A DNA stretch of 64,000 nucleotides from Patescibacteria group bacterium (GTDB taxonomy: Bacteria > Patescibacteriota > Patescibacteriia > PEXW01): positions 265,206-329,205 of the forward strand of contig JBAYJA010000001.1 of assembly GCA_041665345.1 (NCBI GenBank). Direction: 5' to 3'. Made by a program: the position numbers and the translations under genes. The notes under the pieces are model-generated. The model was not told the origin of the DNA. It ran no database searches and saw nothing but the letters and a program-made list of their open reading frames with translations. Below are positions 9,201 through 19,636 of the stretch, one piece after another. Every line of letters begins with the position of its first letter. The stretch's first letter is position 1.

Positions 9201-12200
9201 ATGGCCAACGCAGCATCACCGCAGAAACCAGCGCAGCAACCCACGCCCTTCCCCGCAATGGAGGAAGAGGTTTTAGATTTGTGGGATAAGCAGCAGGTCT
9301 TCCAGAAAACCTTGGCGCAAACCAAAGCGGGGAAGCCTTTCGTCTTTTTTGAAGGGCCACCAACGGCGAATGGCAAGCCCGGCATTCACCATGTGCTGGC
9401 GCGTGTGTACAAAGACGTCATTGTCCGCTACCAGACTATGCGCGGCAGGTACGTGGAACGCAAGGCTGGCTGGGACACGCACGGTCTCCCAGTGGAATTG
9501 CAAGTGGAGAAGCAGCTGAAAATCTCTGGCAAGCAGCAGATTGAGAGTTTGGTTCCAGGTAATCCAACGGCCAGCATTGAGAAGTTCAACAATGCGTGCA
9601 AAGAGAGCGTGATGCAATTCCGGAATGACTTTGAAGTGCTCACCCGGCGGATTGGTTTTTGGCTGGACATGGCCAACCCCTACGTTACCTACGATCCAGC
9701 GTATATCGAAAGTGTCTGGTCCATTCTGAAAACCGTGTGGGACAAGCAGCTCATGTACAAAGGCCACAAAGTGGTGCCGCATTGCCCACGGTGTGAAACC
9801 ACACTGTCCAGCCACGAAGTAGCGCAGGGGTACAAGAGCGTGGTGGATACGTCTGTTTATGTGCAATACAAGGTACAGAGCAGTCCCAATGCAGAAATCC
9901 AAAAATGTATTGATGATAAGGACAATGTTTTCATTCTCTCCTGGACAACCACACCGTGGACGCTGCCTGGTAACGTTGCTCTGGCAGTTGGAAAAGCAAT
10001 CACCTACGTTTTGGTGAAGCACGATGGTGTGCTACGCATTGTCGCGAAAGACCGCCTAGTCGTTCTGGGTGAGGATGTGAAAGTCCAAGCGGAGTTTTCT
10101 GGCGAGAGTATGGTTGGCACCGTCTACGAGCCACTGTTTGCTGGGGCAGTCGACAAAGGTTCGTCCACCACTGCCTGGACGGTCTTGGCTGCAGATTTCG
10201 TCACCACCACGGACGGCACGGGCGTGGTACACACCGCCGTGATGTACGGTGAAGACGACTACCAACTTGGGAAAGCCATGGGTTTGCCCATGCAGCACAC
10301 GGTTGACCAGAGCGGAAAGTTTTTACCAACCGTTACCAAGTGGGCGGGAAGGTTTGTGAAGAGTAAAGACGTGGAAGCTGGGATTATCCAAGATCTGCAA
10401 GACCGGGGGTTACTGTTCCGCGCTGAACCGCACACGCACGACTACCCCTTCTGTTGGCGTTGCGATACGCCGCTGCTGTACTACGCGAAAGATAGCTGGT
10501 TCATTAAAATGTCTGCGTTGCGCGACCAGCTCCTGAAGAATAACGACGACATCACCTGGGTGCCGGGTCATTTGAAGCAAGGCCGGTTTGGGGAGTGGCT
10601 GCGTGAGGTGAAAGACTGGGCAATTTCTCGGGAACGGTACTGGGGCACGCCGCTGCCCATTTGGGAGTGCCAGCAGTGCAAGCACCAGGAAATGGTGGGC
10701 AGCTACGCTGACCTGCAAGCCAAGGCATCAACCTGGCCGTACTCTGCGCCCGAGCGCCAAATTTTTGTGATGCGCCACGGTGAGGCACAGGGTAATCTCA
10801 CCGGGACTGCACACACCTACATTGAAACCGATGTGAACGATCTGACCGACGCAGGAAAAGCACAGGCACGTGCCACCGCGGAAAAGCTCCACGGGAAAGT
10901 TGACCTCATTGTGACATCTGATTTTTTACGCGCAAAGCAAACTGCAGCGATGGTGAAGGAAATGCTGGGTGGTGATGTACAGGTCATTGAGGAACCTCGC
11001 TTGCGTGAAATCCAAGTGCATGAACATGAGGGAAAGCGCTGGGAAGCAATTTTTCAGCTGATGGGCGGAAATGTGGCGCGGGTAGATAAGCGGCATGGGA
11101 ATGCCGAAACCCTGCGGGAAGTTGCCATCCGCGTACGAGAAGCGGTGGATGCTTACCTCAACGCCTTTCCAGACAAGAGCATTCTCTTCATTTCGCATGG
11201 TGATCCACTGCTGGCTTTTGAATGGTTGCTGTCTGGCCAAGGTCCAGAGATGATTGAGCACCCAACCTACTTGAAAACGGGCGCGTACCGCGAAGTGACC
11301 GTCCACAGTATCCAACTGAATCCTCACCGACCATACATTGATGATGTGCAACTCGCCTGTCCAAAATGTCAGGGGACAATGGTTCGCATACCAGAAGTGA
11401 TTGACGTGTGGTTTGACGCCGGGTCTATGCCCTTTGCCCAGTGGCATTACCCCTTTGCAAACCAGGAGCGGGTTGACCAAGGCACGAACTTCCCGGCCGA
11501 GTACATTTCCGAAGGCATTGACCAGACACGCGGCTGGTTCTACACCCTGCTGGCTATTAGCACTTTGCTGGGCCGGGGCGCACCGTACCGCAACGTCATT
11601 TCCCTGGGGCATATCATGGACGCGAAGGGGAAGAAAATGTCCAAGTCCAAAGGCAACATTGTTGTGCCTGCAGCAGTGATTGACCAGTATGGCGCAGATG
11701 CGTTGCGGCTATACATGTTCACCATGAGCCAGGCCGGGGAGCCAAAGAACTTTGACGTACAGGGTGTGGATGAGGTAGTGAAGAAAACCTTGCTCATCTA
11801 CTGGAATGTGGTTACTTTTGCGACCACCTACGTGCCCAAGGAGCTGTGGGGGAATGCTGTCGCAGCACCAACCAATGTGCTGGATCAATGGGTGCTGGCC
11901 CGGCTGGGGCAGGTTACGCAGATAGTGACGGAAAAGTTGGAAGCCTTTGATCCAACTACCGCTGGCCGCGCCTTGCGAGATTTCATTACTGACCTTTCTA
12001 CCTGGTACCTCCGCCGCAGCCGCGATCGTTTGCGGCCAGGGGAAAGTTTCTCCACCGAAGCCGGGGCAACCCTCGTTTCGGTAATTCGCGCCACTGCGGT
12101 GTTGCTTGCGCCTTTTGCGCCGTTCATTGCGGAAAAAGTGTACCAGACCTTGCGGCAGGAAGCAGACCCCGAGAGCGTGCACCTGGTTCCGTGGCCTGCA

Positions 12201-12743
12201 GCGCAACCGTATGATGAAAAAGTGCTGACCAACATGACCCAGGTTCAGAAGATTGTTGAGCTGGGTCACGCCATTCGGAAAGAGCAGAATTTAAAAATCC
12301 GTCAGCCGCTGGCCACGTTGGGAACGTCGGTGCAACTTCCGGAGGCGTACCACGACATTCTCGCCAGTGAAATGAATGTGCTGCAGATCACGGCGGGCGT
12401 TGCGATACCCGCAGCCTTTGCTCAAAAAACTGCTGGTGAGGTAACCGTTGGTTTGGATACGCAGCTCACCGAAGAATTACAGCACCAAGGTCTGGTGCGT
12501 GAACTGGCGCGGCATGTGAATGATTTGCGAAAAACCGCCGGCTTCACCGTGCAGGACGTGGTGGATGTGGAATGGCAGACTGATGATGCAACACTCCAGC
12601 ACGCGTTCACTGAGCACGCCAAAGAACTGCAAGAGCTGACGCGCAGCAATACCATTCGCGCGGGTTCGGTAACCAACGTTGCGAGCAAGAAAGAGCTGCT
12701 CTTGGGTGGCGCGCGGGTAACCTTTGGCATTCGCAAGCCATGA
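9201..12743 (+). CDS. ileS: Isoleucine--tRNA ligase (type 2-like) with an inserted histidine phosphatase domain
   Basis: EGPPTANG, GWDTHGLPVE, WTTTPWTLPGN, DWAISRERYWG, DQTRGWF and KMSKSKGN motifs; RHG...E...SHG insert at about 10750-11315. Confidence 0.97.
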   Translation: MANAASPQKPAQQPTPFPAMEEEVLDLWDKQQVFQKTLAQTKAGKPFVFFEGPPTANGKPGIHHVLARVYKDVIVRYQTMRGRYVERKAGWDTHGLPVELQVEKQLKISGKQQIESLVPGNPTASIEKFNNACKESVMQFRNDFEVLTRRIGFWLDMANPYVTYDPAYIESVWSILKTVWDKQLMYKGHKVVPHCPRCETTLSSHEVAQGYKSVVDTSVYVQYKVQSSPNAEIQKCIDDKDNVFILSWTTTPWTLPGNVALAVGKAITYVLVKHDGVLRIVAKDRLVVLGEDVKVQAEFSGESMVGTVYEPLFAGAVDKGSSTTAWTVLAADFVTTTDGTGVVHTAVMYGEDDYQLGKAMGLPMQHTVDQSGKFLPTVTKWAGRFVKSKDVEAGIIQDLQDRGLLFRAEPHTHDYPFCWRCDTPLLYYAKDSWFIKMSALRDQLLKNNDDITWVPGHLKQGRFGEWLREVKDWAISRERYWGTPLPIWECQQCKHQEMVGSYADLQAKASTWPYSAPERQIFVMRHGEAQGNLTGTAHTYIETDVNDLTDAGKAQARATAEKLHGKVDLIVTSDFLRAKQTAAMVKEMLGGDVQVIEEPRLREIQVHEHEGKRWEAIFQLMGGNVARVDKRHGNAETLREVAIRVREAVDAYLNAFPDKSILFISHGDPLLAFEWLLSGQGPEMIEHPTYLKTGAYREVTVHSIQLNPHRPYIDDVQLACPKCQGTMVRIPEVIDVWFDAGSMPFAQWHYPFANQERVDQGTNFPAEYISEGIDQTRGWFYTLLAISTLLGRGAPYRNVISLGHIMDAKGKKMSKSKGNIVVPAAVIDQYGADALRLYMFTMSQAGEPKNFDVQGVDEVVKKTLLIYWNVVTFATTYVPKELWGNAVAAPTNVLDQWVLARLGQVTQIVTEKLEAFDPTTAGRALRDFITDLSTWYLRRSRDRLRPGESFSTEAGATLVSVIRATAVLLAPFAPFIAEKVYQTLRQEADPESVHLVPWPAAQPYDEKVLTNMTQVQKIVELGHAIRKEQNLKIRQPLATLGTSVQLPEAYHDILASEMNVLQITAGVAIPAAFAQKTAGEVTVGLDTQLTEELQHQGLVRELARHVNDLRKTAGFTVQDVVDVEWQTDDATLQHAFTEHAKELQELTRSNTIRAGSVTNVASKKELLLGGARVTFGIRKP

Positions 12744-13501
12744 GCTTGGTGGATGTCCGCGGCGTGGTCCTGGGGCGGAAGGATGTTCGCGAAGACAGCC
12801 GGCTGTACACCATCTTCACCCAGGAGCGGGGCAAGGTGGAATTTTTTGGCCGTGGGATTCGGAAAGGGAAAGCCAAGTTGGGTGGGCACCTGGAACCTGG
12901 CGCAGTGGTTCGCTGCACCGTCGCACCCGGGAAAACTGGGGAGACCATCACGGCCGTGGAACGCTCGCACGCGCCAACCAGCGCGCAGCAGTCTTTGGCG
13001 CACGTGGCCAGTTTAACTTTTCTGCTTGGGGTTACTGACGCTATAACCAAACCCGAAGCGCCGGATGCGCCGCTCGCTTCATTCTTGGAAGAGGCGCTGA
13101 GCGCGTTGGAATCACTCCCCGTAACTCTAGCCCTACACGCACGTTTCCGCATGTGGGTGGCGTGGCACATTTTTTCCGCAGTTGGCGTGGTGCCAGACAC
13201 TACTCATTGCTCGCATTGCCGCAAACCCTTGGTGGGGGATGCGCGCTTTTCCAAGCACCATGGCGGGTGGGTAGGGCAGGAGTGCGCGAACCTGGACCCC
13301 ACAGCCTTTCCCGTGCCTGCCCAGGTGCGGGACTTCACCCATGCGCTCACGCGGGAGAGCTGGGCAATGATCGCTGATCAGAACATTACTCCCGTAATCG
13401 AAACAGACGCAGCACGCGTGACCCAAGCTGAGCTTCATCATGTCGCTGAGCGAGCCATTCCCGTGGAACGCTTCGTGGCTTTCACCCGGGCGCTGGGGTA
13501 A
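12740..13501 (+). CDS. recO: DNA repair protein RecO
   Basis: N-terminal OB-fold (GVVL..KDVREDSR...T.ERGKV...GIRK) and CxxC zinc motif; overlaps the ileS stop (ATGA). Confidence 0.9.
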   Translation: MSLVDVRGVVLGRKDVREDSRLYTIFTQERGKVEFFGRGIRKGKAKLGGHLEPGAVVRCTVAPGKTGETITAVERSHAPTSAQQSLAHVASLTFLLGVTDAITKPEAPDAPLASFLEEALSALESLPVTLALHARFRMWVAWHIFSAVGVVPDTTHCSHCRKPLVGDARFSKHHGGWVGQECANLDPTAFPVPAQVRDFTHALTRESWAMIADQNITPVIETDAARVTQAELHHVAERAIPVERFVAFTRALG

Positions 13502-13724
13502 GACTCGCCACAGAGTATTGACAAAACCCACAGTTTTGCTAGTTTGAGGTACTTGCTCTTTGACAAAGCAAGACCATGCAACATCGCGGGAGACCGTGCA
13601 AATGCTGGTACAAAAGGTACGCCAGCTTTGCGGAGGATTGTCCTCTGATGCATGAAACCTTACGGCTCACGTATTTCGGCCTACATGCAATAGGGTAGGA
13701 AGTTCAGGGTGAGAAGGAGGATGT

Positions 13725-14540
13725 ATGTTATTCCAACCAACCGTCACACTGCGGCTGAATTGCTGCCGTGGCAACCACAAAACCGGAGAAATCATTACCG
13801 CAGTTGATGACAACACCATTGTTGATTGGGAGAAGAATGAACTCTCCGTACCAAAGGAGCCCACAAATGCTTGGTGTGAGCAACGGGAAGGTACGAAAGA
13901 ATTTGTAATGATTCCAGTGTACTGCAAAAAGTGCAATGCCTGGACTATCCACTGGTACTCTTCTGTAGTCGGTGGAGGCACCTGGCAAACTGTGGAACCT
14001 CACTCGTACAAACGATCATTGCATTTCATGTATCGATCATCCACAGATGAGTGCATTAGTACGAAACTCAATCAGCCAGTCTCGGATCTGATGAATGTAA
14101 GTGCCGGGGGTTTCGAGTACCTTTTTGCGACAAATCCAAAGGATAATTGGTTCATCCTTCAGACCTATCAAACTCTTCTCCGCCATTTTTGTGTGTACGC
14201 AACAAGTATTTGGCCAAGATGGGCTTTGGAAAAATGGATTAGAGATGAAGAATCACGACGTTTCCCCAAAAGTTTGGAAATGCTGCAGAAGAATGATCGG
14301 CAAATTGTTGATTACCAGGCTCTGTCGAATGTCGTTTTTGAGTGCGTTGTTGAATTACACCGGCTGCAAGGGAGCATTCAATCACCAACAATTGCGGAGG
14401 TGCGGAAGCGGTTGCAGACCGTGTTAGTTAAGGCTGATGGAGGGTTTGTCACTCAGCTTTCAATGGCAAATGTGCCATTCGTTAGTGCAACCCCAGTGCA
14501 GGTTGTGAAATTGCCTGCAGAACAGGCTGACGAGAAGTAG
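13725..14540 (+). CDS. Hypothetical protein with Cys-containing N-terminus (orphan cassette)
   Basis: AAGGAGG SD; TTGACA promoter at 13518; terminator CCGGGATTGCA...TGCAGTCCCGG-TTTTT. Confidence 0.7.
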   Translation: MLFQPTVTLRLNCCRGNHKTGEIITAVDDNTIVDWEKNELSVPKEPTNAWCEQREGTKEFVMIPVYCKKCNAWTIHWYSSVVGGGTWQTVEPHSYKRSLHFMYRSSTDECISTKLNQPVSDLMNVSAGGFEYLFATNPKDNWFILQTYQTLLRHFCVYATSIWPRWALEKWIRDEESRRFPKSLEMLQKNDRQIVDYQALSNVVFECVVELHRLQGSIQSPTIAEVRKRLQTVLVKADGGFVTQLSMANVPFVSATPVQVVKLPAEQADEK

Positions 14541-14628
14541 CTTCGTTCGTTCACTATCCGGGATTGCAGAAATGCAGTCCCGGTTTTTCTTTTCCGAATC
14601 CCGGTTTTTCGCTATACTGCATGGCACT

Positions 14629-16698
14629 ATGGCAAAACCGAAGGCAAGCACAGCAAAGCGCGTCCCAATCCGAAAATTGAAGTCTGCCGAACCAGACGAA
14701 TTGCCAGAAAAGCTGGAAGTTGATGCAGCTGACGAAGCGCAGGAGGGTACAACCCCTGTGCATGCGGAGGCTCAGCCGGATGAGGATGTGGAGGCTGATG
14801 ACGAGCAAGACGAAGCCCCAGTGCGTATGCGCGGGGATGTTTTGGATGCCATTTACAAACCTGTGCCAGGTGACGACGATGACGAAGAGGAATCGTCACA
14901 GGATCTAAAAAAAGCCATGCCAAAGTCCAAGAAGAAGCGCCGGCTGATTATTCTCTTCGTCGTGCTTGGGATCCTGGCCGGTGCAACGTTGGCCGGGTAT
15001 TTAGTTTTCCGTTCTTCGTCACGGTTCAGTGAGCGAGTGCAGCTCACGGCGAAAGCCCCAGCAGGCATTGCCGCTGGCGATGAGGTTTCCGTTGTGGTCA
15101 CGGTTACCAATGAAGAGCAGATTGCTTTGCAGAATGCGGAGCTCACGCTCACCCCGCCAGAAGGCTTCACCTTTGCCTCTAGCCAGCCTGCTGCTTCAAA
15201 CGAATTCAACAATGCTTGGCACCTGGGAACGTTGCAGAAATCAGCCGGCACTACCGTAACGGTGAAGGGCCGCTTGGTGGGCGAGCAAGACCAGGAGAAA
15301 GTGTTTCGGTTTACCTTGGGCTACCGGCCGTCCAACTTCAACTACGATTTCCAAAAAAATCTGGAAGTGACGGTACGCATCAGCAGTTCCGTGCTGCAAC
15401 TGCAGCCCGATGTGCCGCTCCGGGTTACCCCTGGGGTGCAGACCCAAATCCCCATCGTGGTTCTGAACACGGGTTCAGCAGCGCTGGAAGACATCCGCCT
15501 AGTCGTGGAGTATCCCAGTAGCTTCACCTTTGGCAGTGCTACGCCCAAGCCAAGCCGGGAAGAAAATATTTGGGACATTGCCAGTATTCCAGCGAAAGGC
15601 CAAACGAAGATTACGGTTACCGGAGTCATCCAAGGAAATGTTGGCGATACTCCCGAATTCAAATTCCGCGCTGGCCGGGTGCTCACCGGCGAGTTGCAGG
15701 TGCAGGCTGAGGCGAGCGGGATTGGTACGTTGGTGCAGCCTGGCTTGCAAGTCACCCTCAATGTGACCAACCCAGGTGGCGGCACCGTACTGTCGTGGGG
15801 TGACATGCTGAACCTCTCTATTAGTTACAAAAATGAAAGCGAGAGCAACATGCAAGACGTGACCATTGTTGCAGAGCTGCGGGAGAAGAATGGCGGCGGG
15901 AAAGATGTAAAGATTTTTGAACTCGACGATCGATCCGATGTGCAGAAGGGGACGCTGTCTGGCCGCACGTTGACGTGGACGAAAGCCCAAGTGCCTGGTT
16001 TGGCAAAAATTGAACCAGGGAAGGGTGGCGACATTCTCCTCCGTCTCCCGGTTCGTTCCGGGCCGGACATTACGGAACAAGGCGACAAGAACTTTACCTC
16101 CACCATTGCGGTTCGGGCGTCCGTAGGCAGCATGGATGATGTGACGGGTAAGAATTTTGAAACCCAGGCCAAACCCTTGGAAACCAAGTTTTCCACCAAG
16201 CTCAACGTGGAACCGGAGGGGAGGTACTACAGTGATGAGCAGGTACCCATTGGTGCCGGACCACTGCCACCGCAGGTTGGCAAAGAGACGACGTACGAAA
16301 TGAGCTGGACCTTGACCAACGCCACCAATGAAACCACGCAAATTGTGGTAAGCGCAACGTTGCCAGATGCAGTGGTATGGACTGGCGTACAGAGTGTTAC
16401 TGCGGGCCAAGCAGTGACGTTTGATCCGACGACGCGGGAAGTGAGCTGGCGGGTGAACCGGGTGCCACCAGGCACTGGGAGTTTGTTCGCCAGTCTGGAA
16501 GCGAAGTTTCAGGTGAAAGTCACCCCAGTTGCCACGGATGTGGGCAAGCTCCTGTCCTTGCTTGGGCAAACTGTTGCCACAGCGCGGGACGAGTTTACGA
16601 CCCAAGATTTGCGGGTGGAAAAAGCGATCATCACCAGCGATTTACCAGGTGACGTTGCCGCGCAGGGCAAGGGGTTAGTTGTCGAAGCAACGCCGTAG
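14629..16698 (+). CDS. Membrane-anchored multi-Ig-like (DUF11-like) surface protein
   Basis: Acidic N-terminus, one TM helix, repeated beta-rich domains and GPLPPQVGKETTY..W; a family type frequent in CPR (from recall). Confidence 0.8.
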   Translation: MAKPKASTAKRVPIRKLKSAEPDELPEKLEVDAADEAQEGTTPVHAEAQPDEDVEADDEQDEAPVRMRGDVLDAIYKPVPGDDDDEEESSQDLKKAMPKSKKKRRLIILFVVLGILAGATLAGYLVFRSSSRFSERVQLTAKAPAGIAAGDEVSVVVTVTNEEQIALQNAELTLTPPEGFTFASSQPAASNEFNNAWHLGTLQKSAGTTVTVKGRLVGEQDQEKVFRFTLGYRPSNFNYDFQKNLEVTVRISSSVLQLQPDVPLRVTPGVQTQIPIVVLNTGSAALEDIRLVVEYPSSFTFGSATPKPSREENIWDIASIPAKGQTKITVTGVIQGNVGDTPEFKFRAGRVLTGELQVQAEASGIGTLVQPGLQVTLNVTNPGGGTVLSWGDMLNLSISYKNESESNMQDVTIVAELREKNGGGKDVKIFELDDRSDVQKGTLSGRTLTWTKAQVPGLAKIEPGKGGDILLRLPVRSGPDITEQGDKNFTSTIAVRASVGSMDDVTGKNFETQAKPLETKFSTKLNVEPEGRYYSDEQVPIGAGPLPPQVGKETTYEMSWTLTNATNETTQIVVSATLPDAVVWTGVQSVTAGQAVTFDPTTREVSWRVNRVPPGTGSLFASLEAKFQVKVTPVATDVGKLLSLLGQTVATARDEFTTQDLRVEKAIITSDLPGDVAAQGKGLVVEATP

Positions 16699-16701
16699 GA
16701 T

Positions 16702-18753
16702 ATGTCTGTGAAGCGATACAAACTCTACCTCGCTTCAGGAATTCGGTTGTGGACCATGTACTTTCAAAAGGCGTACACACCCTTTTTTAATCGAAAAGTT
16801 GATCTCTTTCAACCGGCATTGATTGATAAACAGTATACTGGTGATCATCGGAATATTCCCATTCGGATAGCAACGAAAGATCTGGGGGAAATTAATGCTT
16901 GTGATGCAATTTTGGCGTACATGAAGATGTACGATACCCAGGATAACGGACCAGCTGGGACGGATAGCACTTGGGAGTGTGGGTATGCTATTGGTAAGGA
17001 AAAACCTACCATTATGATAGTTGAGGACATTCAGCACTTAGACTACTACTCAGCGCAGTGGATGGTGACTTTTAGCATCGGAGCAATCTTGACAACGGAT
17101 AAACAAGTCGCTGAACAAGCGAAAAATCACGATAAGTTTACACACACGACAATACTCTATTGTGACTCAAAAGCGCAGTTTGAGAAGAAAATCATTGCGT
17201 ACCTTGATCAGTACTACAAGTCCATCTACGCGCGGGAGGGGATAATAAACTACTCGGTTGATCAAGAGCTTCGGGCGTACAGCCAGCAATCGTATATTTC
17301 GGGAATCCTTTCTAAGTGTCACACCACAGCATTTTCAAGTTTTGGGGCTGATGCAGAAATATTTGAAAAACAATTTTGCGCGCTCTACGGCCAAAAGAAA
17401 TTCAAGGCGAATACTGCAACCTATCAGGCCGTATGTAACCACGAAATAGAACGCGCGAGGATTGTACAAAAAATTATAAGAAATGATGTTAAAGATGTGG
17501 TGCCATTTTTACAAACTTATATTCGCCAGGCCATACAAAGTCTTGAGGGGAAACCAAGCATCAATAAGGTTGCACAAATGATTTCTTACTGGCTGCAAAT
17601 CCCAGCGGAAGCAGTCAAAGGCCACAAGCAGGGAAGGAAGAAAACTCGACCTGCTATCTTTTTTGAACTTCACGATTTGGTTAGTCATCACGTAGTAGCG
17701 ACAGATCGCTACTTTGGTGAGCACTTCGTTTACCAGGCTGGTGCGGTGTTGGAGGTATACAATTGGCTGAACACGTACGCCATTGATGATGTATTCGATA
17801 ATTCCCGCACGCGACAAGGGCAGTTGACGTTACATGAAAAGTATAATAGTCGAAAAAATGCCATCCTACTCGGAAGTATTGGGCACTGCCTTTCACTTAT
17901 TTTGCTGCATGGATTGACAAAAGAGAAACCCGTTGTCGCTATGTCTCTCCTCCGCGCCCTCAACGATGTGCAGTTTGTCATGTACCATGGTCAGCAGCTT
18001 GACCTACGCTTAAGTTTTTCCTCTCCGAAGTCCCTTCAAACATATCTACGCGGCCATTCCTTGCATTCCGCAATGGAGGATTATTTTTCTCGTATTTATG
18101 GGATTTGCGGTTCATTTTATGAAGAGATTGGCCGAATGGCAATGCGGTCAACAAACGTGGGGGCGCAATTTTATAACCAGAAAGCTGCGGAGGACGCATG
18201 CATTACTATTGCAAAATACTTCGGCTTAGTACAAATGATCCGGAATGACTTAGGTGATTTACTCCTACCCGAAGACCTTTCAGGAATGAGTAAAGGTATG
18301 AAAGATACCTCCCATAATGATGTCATGGAAGGGAAGTTGACGCTGCCTATATTGTATACATTGCTCAATAAACGGACCACGAGCAAAGACCGGAATATTT
18401 TCATTCATCTCATAGGAAAGCAACATTTGACGGCAAAGAATCGGAAAGATATTAGCCGAATCATTTGGGAAAGCGGCGCTATCGAATACTGCCTGCAGTT
18501 TGTTGCATACTACGCAAAGCAGGTGCGCGAGCAGTATGTAAAGCATATCCATGAAACTCCAACACGGTTAAAGTGGATTCTCAAACTTATGGATGTTACA
18601 CCTTTAATAAACGTCACCTTTCGTCGAATAGCTATTACTAACGGTTGGCGAAAACTAGAACTTGAGCCCCTCGCGTCGGAGTACCTGTTGAAAATTGAAA
18701 AGTTGACTACCCGTGAGGCGTTCTTAGCGGCTTTTTCTCGTAAGAGAAGCTAA
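16702..18753 (+). CDS. Fusion of nucleoside 2-deoxyribosyltransferase/N-glycosidase-like and polyprenyl synthetase (trans-IPPS) domains
   Basis: N-terminal YLASG...CDAILA...DSTWECGYA..KEKP; C-terminal GRKKTRP, IDDVFDNSRTRQG, GQQLDL, IRNDLGD and DVMEGKLTLP. Confidence 0.85.
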   Translation: MSVKRYKLYLASGIRLWTMYFQKAYTPFFNRKVDLFQPALIDKQYTGDHRNIPIRIATKDLGEINACDAILAYMKMYDTQDNGPAGTDSTWECGYAIGKEKPTIMIVEDIQHLDYYSAQWMVTFSIGAILTTDKQVAEQAKNHDKFTHTTILYCDSKAQFEKKIIAYLDQYYKSIYAREGIINYSVDQELRAYSQQSYISGILSKCHTTAFSSFGADAEIFEKQFCALYGQKKFKANTATYQAVCNHEIERARIVQKIIRNDVKDVVPFLQTYIRQAIQSLEGKPSINKVAQMISYWLQIPAEAVKGHKQGRKKTRPAIFFELHDLVSHHVVATDRYFGEHFVYQAGAVLEVYNWLNTYAIDDVFDNSRTRQGQLTLHEKYNSRKNAILLGSIGHCLSLILLHGLTKEKPVVAMSLLRALNDVQFVMYHGQQLDLRLSFSSPKSLQTYLRGHSLHSAMEDYFSRIYGICGSFYEEIGRMAMRSTNVGAQFYNQKAAEDACITIAKYFGLVQMIRNDLGDLLLPEDLSGMSKGMKDTSHNDVMEGKLTLPILYTLLNKRTTSKDRNIFIHLIGKQHLTAKNRKDISRIIWESGAIEYCLQFVAYYAKQVREQYVKHIHETPTRLKWILKLMDVTPLINVTFRRIAITNGWRKLELEPLASEYLLKIEKLTTREAFLAAFSRKRS

Positions 18754-18874
18754 ACTCTGAACACCAGCACTTGAGCGCAAACACAGCCATACGGGTACCT
18801 GGGTTATTTTGACCCTGGCCGCTTTTCGCCGTACACTGAAGGTAATATAAAACGTCACAACCAGGAGGTCGAGC

Positions 18875-19447
18875 ATGAAGGAAAAGATCATTTCCAACTT
18901 CGTACCCTTCCCTCAGTGTCCGTACACCGACGCCCCCTATGTGCTGTGGTTTTTTGCACAACGGTATCTGCAAGTGCAGCATCACGTGCCTGAGTACTAC
19001 CTGTACAAGTGCGAGCTCGAGCGAGATTACATTAGCGGCCTATTTCAATTGCAGCAGGCTTGCTTGCGCGCAGAAGCGGTGAGTACAGACGATATTCTTT
19101 TTCAGGAAGCGGGTACTATTGCGCAGCATATTCTTGCAACGAGTAGTTTTAAGGATTTTCGGGGTAGGAGACAGCGTTACACCAGGCGGTTTTGGCGAGC
19201 TACTGAGCGATTACTAGCAATTACCGAATACCTGCAGATCCCCATACAATTGCAGGACATACGGTCTCATCAGTGGCTCATCGTTGCCAATTTTGCACAT
19301 GCCGCAGGGCTTCAAGGATCAGCATTCTTACGCTACGTGCAAAGATTTGGCGAAGAAGCAATTCAACGTCTGGTTATTCATAACGCAGGAGACCTATACT
19401 CCACGGTTATGCGGGAACGGGACACAAATGCAAGAGTACGTTGGTAG
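18875..19447 (+). CDS. Hypothetical protein
   Basis: 190 aa; AGGAGG SD; TTGACC-18-TACACT upstream. Confidence 0.7.
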   Translation: MKEKIISNFVPFPQCPYTDAPYVLWFFAQRYLQVQHHVPEYYLYKCELERDYISGLFQLQQACLRAEAVSTDDILFQEAGTIAQHILATSSFKDFRGRRQRYTRRFWRATERLLAITEYLQIPIQLQDIRSHQWLIVANFAHAAGLQGSAFLRYVQRFGEEAIQRLVIHNAGDLYSTVMRERDTNARVRW

Positions 19448-19636
19448 TGCAGCAGAGTCTGCTCCGTTTCATTAATATGGAACGGAGTTTTTTTATAATG
19501 ACGAATGTACGTCCGCCAGAGGCGGATCTACCTCCCTCTGGGGTGGAACCCGGGTTTGAGACTGGCGGAAATAGGGATAGGGGAGGGTTTCGTTGGTGCG
19601 GCTACGGGAGGGTAAAGTGGTATACTGCAAATACCC

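Noticed and set aside
13640-13702. Hammerhead-like words CTGATG...GAAAC...GTA
   Set aside because: The core reads CTGATGC rather than CUGANGA, there is no room for stem II, and stem I pairs poorly.
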